In this document: positions 56,912 through 64,000 of the stretch, one piece after another | Layout: each line of letters starts with the position of its first letter | Numbering within the stretch: position 1 is the first letter of the stretch | Assembly (NCBI GenBank): GCA_964639785.1 | Contig: CAZXEE010000001.1 | Span: 314,556 to 378,555, forward strand | Direction: 5' to 3' | DNA from: an uncultured Gammaproteobacteria bacterium | Lineage (GTDB): Bacteria; Patescibacteriota; Patescibacteriia; Patescibacteriales; UBA12465 | DNA length: 64,000 bases | Position numbers and translations under genes: made by a program | Notes under the pieces: generated by a model | What the model was told of the DNA's origin: nothing | Database searches by the model: none | Seen by the model: the letters and a program-made list of their open reading frames with translations, nothing else

Positions 56912-57343
56912 ATGTTTATCGGCGAATACAACCATACTCTTGATGACAAAGGCAGATTAGCTATACCAGCTAAGTTTCGCGCTATCCTGAAAAAGGGAGC
57001 GGTCGTAACTCGCGGTTTAGATAACTGCTTATTTTTGTATACCAAAGAACAATGGGGAAAGATGGCGGCTCGTTTTGCCGCTTTGCCGATCAGCCAATCC
57101 AAGAGCCGAGCTTTCGCCCGTCATTTCTTGGCTGGAGCTATGGATTTGGAATTTGATAACCAGGGAAGAATCACTTTGCCGGAATATTTACGTCAGTTTT
57201 CTAGCTTGAAGAAGAAAGTGATCATTACCGGCTTATATAACCATTTGGAAATCTGGGATGAGGCTGCTTGGGATAAGTACAAGGCTGAGACTGAGAAGAA
57301 CAGCAATTCTATCGCCGAGGAACTGGGTGATTTGGGAATCTAA
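56912..57343 (+). CDS. mraZ: Transcriptional regulator MraZ
   Basis: MFIGEYNHTLDDKGRLAIPAKFR and a second DxxxR repeat. Confidence 0.9.
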   Translation: MFIGEYNHTLDDKGRLAIPAKFRAILKKGAVVTRGLDNCLFLYTKEQWGKMAARFAALPISQSKSRAFARHFLAGAMDLEFDNQGRITLPEYLRQFSSLKKKVIITGLYNHLEIWDEAAWDKYKAETEKNSNSIAEELGDLGI

Positions 57344-57354
57344 TATTTAACAAC

Positions 57355-58299
57355 ATGACTTACCACCACATTCCGGTCATGCTCCAAGAGGTCTTAGAGA
57401 ATCTTGATCCGAAACCGGGAGAATATTTCTTTGATGGGACTTTGGGCGGAGCGGGTTATACGATGGCCCTGGCCCGGAAAGTGGGAAACGCCGGCCGAGT
57501 CATAGCTACTGATCTGGATGAGAAAGCTATCGCTAATGCTCAGGAATTGATAGCCAAAGAAAAGATAGAAAATATTATTTTAGTCCAAGATAATTTTAGG
57601 AATTTAGAAAATATCGTTCATCAAAATTTAGGCGCCGATATCAAGCTAGACGGAATAGTCATGGATCTCGGTCTGTCATCGGCTCAGGTCGATGAAGCGG
57701 AACGCGGCTTTTCCTTCTTGAAGACAGCCCCTCTGTCATTAGCCTTTAACCAGAAGGAGGATAAGAATGCCGCCTATCTGGTTAACAATCTATCAGAGAA
57801 GGAGCTTGTCCGGATCATCAGCCTATATGGAGAAGAGAAGTTCGCTTTCAAGATCGTTAAGAATATAATCGCAGCTCGGAAGCAGAAAGAGATCGAAACT
57901 ACCACTGAATTAGCGGATATCGTTTCTGCTTCAGTTCCAGCTTCCGTCCGTTTCCGTAAGATCCATCCGGCTACCAAGACTTTCCAAGCTTTGCGCTTGG
58001 CAGTCAATCAGGAATTAGAAAGTTTGGAAGAAGCTTTGCCTCAGGCCATCAGATTATTGAAACCGGGCGGAAGATTAGCGATCGTTTCTTTCCATAGCTT
58101 GGAAGATCGGATCGTCAAGAATTTCTTCCGAGAACAAGCTCGAACTTGTATCTGTCCGCCGGAAACGATGATCTGCAATTGCCATCATCAGCCGGAGGTC
58201 AAGATCATTACCAAGAAAGTCCTGATTCCGAGCGAATCGGAAATCAATGCCAATCCTCGAGCCCGCAGTGCCAAGCTCCGGGTCGCTGAAAAAAATTAA
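57355..58299 (+). CDS. rsmH: 16S rRNA (cytosine1402-N4)-methyltransferase
   Basis: HIPVMLQEVLENL...DGTLGGAGY and the SFHSLEDRIVK motif. Confidence 0.9.
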   Translation: MTYHHIPVMLQEVLENLDPKPGEYFFDGTLGGAGYTMALARKVGNAGRVIATDLDEKAIANAQELIAKEKIENIILVQDNFRNLENIVHQNLGADIKLDGIVMDLGLSSAQVDEAERGFSFLKTAPLSLAFNQKEDKNAAYLVNNLSEKELVRIISLYGEEKFAFKIVKNIIAARKQKEIETTTELADIVSASVPASVRFRKIHPATKTFQALRLAVNQELESLEEALPQAIRLLKPGGRLAIVSFHSLEDRIVKNFFREQARTCICPPETMICNCHHQPEVKIITKKVLIPSESEINANPRARSAKLRVAEKN

Positions 58300-58321
58300 A
58301 TATAAATTTAAATATAAATAT

Positions 58322-58636
58322 ATGGGACAGATCAGCCCGAAAAAATCAAATAATTTCAAAGTCAAATTGACTAACTTATTCTTAGCCACTTTGATACTGA
58401 CAGTTGGCGGCTTTTATCTGGCTAGCATGAATAATTTGGTAGTGAAGGGTTTTGAATTGAATAAGTTGAAACGCCAGTCCGAGTCTTTGGCTAACGAGAA
58501 CAAGGAAATCAGCGCTCGGAAAGTGGCTTTGGAATCATATCGTAACATTGATAGCAAATTGCGCGACCTGAACATGGTAGCTATCGACAAGATCGAGTAT
58601 CTGAACGCTTCGACTGAAGTTATCGCGAAGAAATAG
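58322..58636 (+). CDS. ftsL: FtsL-like cell-division protein (single TM plus coiled coil)
   Basis: Position between rsmH and ftsI. The TM is LFLATLILTVGGFYLA, followed by a coiled coil. Start at the ATG at 58322. Confidence 0.55.
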   Translation: MGQISPKKSNNFKVKLTNLFLATLILTVGGFYLASMNNLVVKGFELNKLKRQSESLANENKEISARKVALESYRNIDSKLRDLNMVAIDKIEYLNASTEVIAKK

Positions 58637-58732
58637 ATATCTAGGCCATAGCTCATAGGGTTCGACCTCTTTGCTCTATGAATTATGGTCTAGAGATTCC
58701 GGTTCAATATAAATCTAATCGGATTTAAATAT

Positions 58733-58903
58733 ATGGAGCAGGCAAATCCTAAAAAAAGACGGAGCCTGGAAACCAGTCTGATCAATCTGATCCTGGTCAT
58801 CCTGTTCTTCGTTTCCGGCGGACTTTACTTCATTGGCCTCAACCAGATAGTGGATAGATGTTTAGAGCAGAACCTGGTGACGATAGTGAGCGCTAATAAT
58901 TAA
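58733..58903 (+). CDS. Unannotated 56-aa single-TM ORF between ftsL and ftsI (FtsB/DivIC-like?)
   Basis: MEQANPKKRRSLETSLINLILVILFFVSGGLYFIGLNQIVDRCLEQNLVTIVSANN. Too short for the ORF track. Confidence 0.3.
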   Translation: MEQANPKKRRSLETSLINLILVILFFVSGGLYFIGLNQIVDRCLEQNLVTIVSANN

Positions 58904-58935
58904 TTTCCGGCTATCAAAGAGGGTATCATTCGCTT

Positions 58936-61020
58936 ATGATTTTAGCTGTTAAAAAAACTGATTTTTCTTCCAATCGTCTGAATCTGGTTTTGACGGTTGT
59001 TTTTTTATTGGCTGTCTCCTTGGTTGGCCGGCTTTATTATCTGCAGATCAATCAGGGTAATGATTATACCGCCAAGGCTAACAAGCAGCAGCAGACCTAT
59101 AGCGAGCTCAAGCCTTCTCGCGGCCATATCTATATCAATAACTATAGTAAGAGCTTGAATACCAACGAGCTGTCGCTTTTAGCTACTAACAAGAACTTTG
59201 CTACTATCTATGTCGTTCCGAAGGATATCCCGACTGACAAGCAGGAAGCTCTGGCGCAGAAGATCTATGAGGTTTTTGATATGGCTGCCGTTGAGAAACA
59301 GGTGGATGATTTCTTGAAGCAGGAGGACCAGAAGGGTATGGATGATGAGCTGGCTTATATCGACAGCTTGTCCTTGTCGGACGATGAAAAGAAAGCCAAG
59401 AAGGAAGAGGTGGCTAACAGGAAGGCGTCGTTATCAGGCGAAGCGGAGTGGAGCGAGTTTCGGAAGATGAAACGGGAACTGGAAATCAATGAGCGCCGAG
59501 CCGTGATTATCAATGCTTATTTGGAGAAGATCAAGAAGCCGAATGATCCTTATGAAGTGATCCAGAAGAAGGTGCCCGAGGACATGCTTTTGAAAACTTA
59601 TGCTAGCGTCATAGCTTTAGATAACATTAATCTGGCAGCTGAGGACTTGGAAATCAAGAATAGCTTGATATTCAAGAAAGGTGAGAGCAGCACCGGCGAC
59701 CCTATCAGTTTCAAGGGCTTGGGCTATGACATGGAGTCATATCGTTTCTATCCGGAAAATAATATGGCTTCCCATATCTTGGGATTCGTTAATTATGAGA
59801 ATGTCGGTAACTACGGCTTGGAAGGTTATTACAATACTGAATTGACCGGCAAGTCCGGTTCTCTCAAGGGTGAACGCGGCAGCGGCAGCAACGTCATCAT
59901 TGTCAATGATCGCGAGTATGTCGCACCGGAAGCCGGCCAAGATTTAGTCCTGACCATCGACCGAGCAGTCGAATTCTATGCCTGCAAGAAATTGGAGGAA
60001 TATGAAGCTAAATTCAAATACACCAGCGGTTCGATCATTATCGTCAAGCCGAATACGGGAGATATCATCGCTATGTGTTCTTGGCCGAGCTTTGATCCGA
60101 ATAATTATGCTGACGTCAAAAAGGCTGATATCTTTTCTAATCAAGCTATCAGCAGCCAATATGAACCGGGTTCGGTCTTCAAGACGATTACTACTGCAGC
60201 CGCTTTAGATCAGAAGAAGATTAGTCCGAGTACTACTTACAACGATACGGGTCAGAGGATGATTGAGGGTTGGAAGAAGCCAATCGCTAATTCCGATTAT
60301 GAAACGGCTGGAGCTCATGGCAAAGTCGACATGAAGACGATGTTAGAAAAATCTTTGAATCTAGGCGCTATCTTTGCCATGGAACAGATCGGTCCTAAAG
60401 TATTCGCCGACTATGTAAAGAAATTTGGTTTCGGCGAAACGGCCGGAATTGAGCTTAACGCTGAGGCCAGTGGCAATATCAGTCCGCTTTTGCGCGACAA
60501 GGTCCGTCCGATCGATGCGGCTACCGCTTCTTTCGGCCAAGGCTTGGCCGTGACCCCGCTGCAGATGGTGATGTCCTATGCCGCTATCGCTAACGGCGGC
60601 GTCTTGATGAAACCGCATATCGTGAAAGAGATTATCAAGCCGGATGGCAGCCGAGTGAGCACTCCGCCGCAAGAATTGCGCCGGGTCATTTCAGCTGAAG
60701 CGGCTAATACGGTGTCAGCCATGTTGGCTGAGGTGGTAGAGAAGGGGCATTCTAAATTAGCTGGGGTTTCTGGTTATTATGTCGGCGGAAAAACCGGTAC
60801 GGCTCAGATTCCATCACCCAAGGGTGGTTATCTGGAATCCCAGTATATCCATACTTTTGTCGGATTCGCTCCGGTTGACAAGCCGCGCTTCGTTATGTTA
60901 GTTAAGCTAGACAAGCCTAAGGGCTTTAAATTCGCTGAAAGCACGGCAGCTCCGATTTTTGGAGATATTGCTGATTTCTTGCTAAAATATTATCAAGTCC
61001 CGAAAGAGAGGGAAAAGTAA
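58936..61020 (+). CDS. ftsI: Penicillin-binding protein 2/FtsI-type transpeptidase
   Basis: N-terminal TM, PBP dimer domain, and SxxK (SVFK), SxN (SLN) and KTG (KTGT) motifs. A charged coiled insert in the N-domain. Confidence 0.85.
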   Translation: MILAVKKTDFSSNRLNLVLTVVFLLAVSLVGRLYYLQINQGNDYTAKANKQQQTYSELKPSRGHIYINNYSKSLNTNELSLLATNKNFATIYVVPKDIPTDKQEALAQKIYEVFDMAAVEKQVDDFLKQEDQKGMDDELAYIDSLSLSDDEKKAKKEEVANRKASLSGEAEWSEFRKMKRELEINERRAVIINAYLEKIKKPNDPYEVIQKKVPEDMLLKTYASVIALDNINLAAEDLEIKNSLIFKKGESSTGDPISFKGLGYDMESYRFYPENNMASHILGFVNYENVGNYGLEGYYNTELTGKSGSLKGERGSGSNVIIVNDREYVAPEAGQDLVLTIDRAVEFYACKKLEEYEAKFKYTSGSIIIVKPNTGDIIAMCSWPSFDPNNYADVKKADIFSNQAISSQYEPGSVFKTITTAAALDQKKISPSTTYNDTGQRMIEGWKKPIANSDYETAGAHGKVDMKTMLEKSLNLGAIFAMEQIGPKVFADYVKKFGFGETAGIELNAEASGNISPLLRDKVRPIDAATASFGQGLAVTPLQMVMSYAAIANGGVLMKPHIVKEIIKPDGSRVSTPPQELRRVISAEAANTVSAMLAEVVEKGHSKLAGVSGYYVGGKTGTAQIPSPKGGYLESQYIHTFVGFAPVDKPRFVMLVKLDKPKGFKFAESTAAPIFGDIADFLLKYYQVPKEREK

Positions 61021-61024
61021 TCAT

Positions 61025-62296
61025 ATGAAAAAAATACTACAATTTATCCTGAAGACGATGGCGCGGATGGTGCTTAACAAATACAAGCCGGAAGTGGTCG
61101 GAATCACCGGCAGTATCGGCAAGACCAGTACGAAGGAAGCGGTTTATGCCGTTTTGAAGGACAAGTTCAATATCCGCCGGAGCTTGAAGAATTATAATAA
61201 TGAATTAGGCCTTCCTTTGACTATCCTGGGTGTCGATTCTCCGGGCAAGTCGCTCATCGGTTGGCTGAGAGTATTAGGGTATTTCATCAAGCTGCTCATT
61301 GTCAAAGACAAGGATTATCCGACCGTCTTGATATTGGAAATGGGTATTGATCGTCCGGGTGACATGAAGTATCTGACCAGCATCGTCAAGCCGAACATCG
61401 GGTTAGTGACCGGAGTCGGTTCATCTCACTTGGAATTTTTTGACAAGCCGGAGAATATCCAGAAAGAGAAGAGGGTTTTGGTCGAAAGCTTGGACAAAGA
61501 ATCTTTAGCTGTTTTGAATTATGATAATGAATTGACCAGGGAGATGAAGGACTCAGTCATCTGCCAGGTATTGAACTATGGCCTAAAAGATGGGGCTGAT
61601 ATCATGGCTCAGGAAATCAATTTTAATTTCCGGAGCGGAGAAGAGAATCTCTTTGGTGTCAGTTTCAAACTTAATTATCGCGGAGCTATAGTCCCGGTCT
61701 TCTTGCCGCATGTCATTGGCTATCCGCCGATCTATGCCGCTTTAGCAGCGAGTGCCGTAGCTCTCCATTATAGTATCAATTTGGTAGATATCGCCCAATC
61801 TCTAAGCGACTTCCATTTGCCGGCTGGCAGATTGAACTTGATTCCAGGACGGAAAGAAACCAAGGTTATCGATGATACCTATAACTCCTCTCCGGATTCT
61901 TGTTTGGCTGCTCTGTCAGTCTTGTCCGAGGTCAATATCGCTCACGGCCGGAAAATCGCCGTGTTAGGCGATATGCTTGAGCTAGGAAATGCCAGCGAGA
62001 CCGGACATCAGGAGGTGGGAAAGAAAGCGGCGGAGAGCGTTGACCTGTTGGTGGCAGTTGGAGAGAAGGGAAAGATTATCGGCGCTGAAGCTGAGAGACA
62101 AGGATTGAAGAAAGTAATCTATTACCCTGACAGCTTGAAGGCGGCTGAAGCTATATTGGATGTCATTGCTGCCGGCGACCTGATCTTGGTCAAAGGTTCC
62201 CAGGGAGCTAGGATGGAAAAGGTGGTGAAAGTCTTGATGGCTGAACCGGAAAAAGCTTTCGAGTTATTGGTCCGGCAGGGCAAGGGATGGGAATAA
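61025..62296 (+). CDS. murF: UDP-N-acetylmuramoyl-tripeptide--D-alanyl-D-alanine ligase
   Basis: VVGITGSIGKTSTKE P-loop and Mur ligase domains. Confidence 0.85.
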   Translation: MKKILQFILKTMARMVLNKYKPEVVGITGSIGKTSTKEAVYAVLKDKFNIRRSLKNYNNELGLPLTILGVDSPGKSLIGWLRVLGYFIKLLIVKDKDYPTVLILEMGIDRPGDMKYLTSIVKPNIGLVTGVGSSHLEFFDKPENIQKEKRVLVESLDKESLAVLNYDNELTREMKDSVICQVLNYGLKDGADIMAQEINFNFRSGEENLFGVSFKLNYRGAIVPVFLPHVIGYPPIYAALAASAVALHYSINLVDIAQSLSDFHLPAGRLNLIPGRKETKVIDDTYNSSPDSCLAALSVLSEVNIAHGRKIAVLGDMLELGNASETGHQEVGKKAAESVDLLVAVGEKGKIIGAEAERQGLKKVIYYPDSLKAAEAILDVIAAGDLILVKGSQGARMEKVVKVLMAEPEKAFELLVRQGKGWE

Positions 62297-62322
62297 GTTT
62301 CAATTTATATGATAAAAAAATA

Positions 62323-62352
62323 GAGGACCTCTTTTGAGATCCTCTTTTTTGT
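62323..62352 (+). terminator. Terminator-like hairpin
   Basis: agaggacctcttttgagatcctct followed by tttttgtt. Confidence 0.5.
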
Positions 62353-62592
62353 TGCCCCTTTTTATTCCCCCTTTATTCCCGATTTTTTAATTTTTTGATC
62401 TTTTTACGACTTTTATTGTCATTTGTTCTTTGGCGGTTGCCGCCTTTGATGCTTTTGGAATATTCTTCTGGAATTCTTCCTTCGTTTGATGATGATTGAG
62501 ACATGTCTACGATATATTTGATTGTTGATTCTTTGATTATGAGTTTAACACAATTTGCAGTTTTGTCAAATATGTTGTAGAATGTGGAAGAT

Positions 62593-63633
62593 ATGAAAAT
62601 AGTTATCGGGTTTATTACCTACAACAATCTGACTTCCAAGTATCTGCCTTTCTTTGTTCCTAGTTTGAAGGAAGCTTTGGCGGAAACTTTTGGCGATTAT
62701 GAGACCGAGAAGAATTATCGCATCTTAGCGGTGGATAATAGTGATGATGAGGTTAATGAAAACTCAGTTTATCTGAAAGATAATTTTCCGGAGATTGAAT
62801 TGGATTATGCCGGTTCAAATTTAGGTTTTGCCAAGGCCTACAACCGGATGATCAGTCGGGCGGGTGAGTTAGGGGCGGATTATTTCTTGATGATCAATCC
62901 TGACACCTTGGTAGATTTCAGTACTATCACGGAGCTTATTGAAGCCTTGGATGAAAATCCTAAGTTGGGGGCGATCGCTCCACGAATCTTGAGATGGGAT
63001 TTTGCTTCCAACACCAGGACTACTATTATAGATAGTGACGGCTTGTTCATTACTGCTAGCCATCGTTTTTCTGATCGGCATCAGGGACTAGAAGCTCTTG
63101 ATTGCGAGCCGGAAATGGTTTTCGGTTTTACCGGTGCGGCCGCTTTGATCCGGATGCAGGCTTTACGCGAGATAGCTTATGACAATCATGGACATATAGA
63201 ATATCTGGATGAATTGATGTTCATGTACAAAGAGGATGTCGATTTGTCATATCGCTTGCAATTAGCCGGTTGGCCGACAGAGTCTTTGCCTTCGGCTTAT
63301 ATCTATCATGACCGGACTGCCAGTCCTTTGGGGGAGAGCTTGAGACAGATAATTAGGAACCGGAAAAACAAGAGCCGAGCGGTCAAGCGCTGGTCATTTT
63401 TGAACCATTGGATATTGGTTCTGAAGTACTCACATCTGGATTATTCCTTCCGGGTCAAGTGGAAGACTTGGCGTTATCAGCTGTTCGGATTGTTCTTCGC
63501 TTTGTTCTTCGAAACCTATTTGCTCAAGGAACTTAGGACCTTGTGGCAGAAACGGGCTGAAATAAAGCTGAAACGTCAATCTCTACGGATTGCGATTAAC
63601 CCTCGTAAAATCGAGGAAATGATGGAAAAATAA
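62593..63633 (+). CDS. Glycosyltransferase family 2 (rhamnosyltransferase-like)
   Basis: MKIVIGFITYNNLTSKY...AVDNSDDE...FAKAYN. The ATG at 62593 is preferred over the GTG at 62584. Confidence 0.75.
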   Translation: MKIVIGFITYNNLTSKYLPFFVPSLKEALAETFGDYETEKNYRILAVDNSDDEVNENSVYLKDNFPEIELDYAGSNLGFAKAYNRMISRAGELGADYFLMINPDTLVDFSTITELIEALDENPKLGAIAPRILRWDFASNTRTTIIDSDGLFITASHRFSDRHQGLEALDCEPEMVFGFTGAAALIRMQALREIAYDNHGHIEYLDELMFMYKEDVDLSYRLQLAGWPTESLPSAYIYHDRTASPLGESLRQIIRNRKNKSRAVKRWSFLNHWILVLKYSHLDYSFRVKWKTWRYQLFGLFFALFFETYLLKELRTLWQKRAEIKLKRQSLRIAINPRKIEEMMEK

Positions 63634-63721
63634 GGGAAATAGGCACCACTTGACTAGAGGCTTGACTAAGTAAAAAAAATGTGCCAATATGTAGTTAATA
63701 AAAATATTTAATCTTCTTTAT

Positions 63722-64000
63722 ATGGAGAATATCTTGGAAAAAATCGTAAAAAACAAAAAGGCGGAAGAGCTGAACAAGCTGGATTCTGTTAAGATCGTTA
63801 ACTCTCTTTTCAGTGATTTGATGGAGCGTGAACGCGATGTTTTAGTACGTCGTTTCGGTTTGAATAGCAACGAATCTGAGACATTGGAAAAGATCGGCGG
63901 CTTGCATAATCTGACTCGTGAGAGAGTCCGCCAGATCGAAGTCGGCAGTATCCGCAAATTGAAGAAATTGGATAATCTTGAGTCTTATCTATCTGATATC
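63722..64000 (+). CDS. Partial (5' end) gene encoding a sigma-70 region 4-type HTH
   Basis: Open frame to the window end. DVLVRRFGLNSNESETLEKIGGLHNLTRERVRQIEVGSIRKLKKL matches sigma70_r4. Duplicated CTTGACTA boxes lie upstream, at 63649-63668. Confidence 0.45.
   Translation, partial: MENILEKIVKNKKAEELNKLDSVKIVNSLFSDLMERERDVLVRRFGLNSNESETLEKIGGLHNLTRERVRQIEVGSIRKLKKLDNLESYLSDI

Noticed and set aside
58645-58700. tRNA-like start (GGCCATAGCTCATAGGGTTCGACC) after ftsL
   Set aside because: The 7-bp outer stem encloses only about 33 nt. That is too short for a cloverleaf, and there is no anticodon or T-arm geometry. It was treated as a hairpin.
1-64000. Stop-codon reassignment (UGA=Gly, as in some CPR lineages) suggested by the presence of prfA without prfB in the window
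   Set aside because: Long ORFs terminate cleanly at TGA, for example the 32038-32553 and prfA-adjacent genes, and gene lengths match homologues. The standard code is consistent. prfB may simply lie elsewhere.

Overview
This 64 kb window is a dense, mostly plus-strand bacterial chromosomal segment of about 70 genes. It contains no rRNA or tRNA genes, no CRISPR array and no recognisable transposase or integrase. The gene content suggests a reduced-genome Patescibacteria/CPR-like organism (inference). The supporting points are a class I archaeal-type fructose-bisphosphate aldolase, a trimmed dcw cluster, an [FeFe]-hydrogenase, many small secreted or membrane proteins, several proteins with Lys/Ala/Pro-rich low-complexity tails, TTG/GTG starts, and extended -10 (TGnTATAAT) promoters. 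The genetic code is standard: long ORFs close on TAA, TAG and TGA. From 5' to 3' the window holds the following modules.

- **Glycan locus, 1-10.2 kb:** two GT1 and one GT2 glycosyltransferase, gmd and fcl for GDP-fucose with two Nudix-like genes beside fcl, a WbaP-like priming transferase, and an O-antigen-ligase-like protein with a TPR tail.
- **Fic/Doc gene:** a free-standing Fic/Doc-family gene with a Doc-type motif.
- **Giant secreted protein:** about 1270 aa, with a permuted-papain (C92/NlpC-P60-like) amidase domain, a Thr/Lys/Ala repeat linker, two lamin-tail domains and two LamG domains.
- **Core genes, 16.7-29.6 kb:** class I FBA, ftsW/rodA, rplY, two orphan hypotheticals (one with HExxH), prfA-prmC, rpmE, rfbB-rfbD-rfbA without rfbC, and hisS with a GerMN gene.
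- **NDK-like operon:** an NDK-fold gene that lacks the catalytic His, followed by a small membrane protein.
- **Candidate sRNA:** a roughly 290 nt promoter-to-terminator interval with no ORF.
- **30.9-45.2 kb:** rnhB, an M50B-like HExxH membrane protein, a beta-CASP RNase, DUF360/bPH/Smr genes, a DNA alkylation repair protein, cysS, dus, a short TsaB-like gene, a secreted transglutaminase-like protein, cdd, rpsB-tsf, a PSP1/YaaT-like gene and gap.
- **[FeFe]-hydrogenase locus, 45.2-50 kb:** Nudix, a truncated NuoF-like subunit, HydA, and a TM1266-like regulator. No HydEFG maturases are present in the window.
- **50-64 kb:** cca, a C39-like peptidase, a lipoprotein cyclophilin, iscS-iscU-sodA, mraZ-rsmH-ftsL-ftsI-murF without murE, a GT2, and a partial gene with a sigma-70 region 4 HTH.

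No single clear-cut defence island stood out. The strongest novelty candidates are the multidomain surface protein, the Doc-motif Fic protein, the His-less NDK operon, the orphan promoter/terminator sRNA candidate and the minimal hydrogenase locus.
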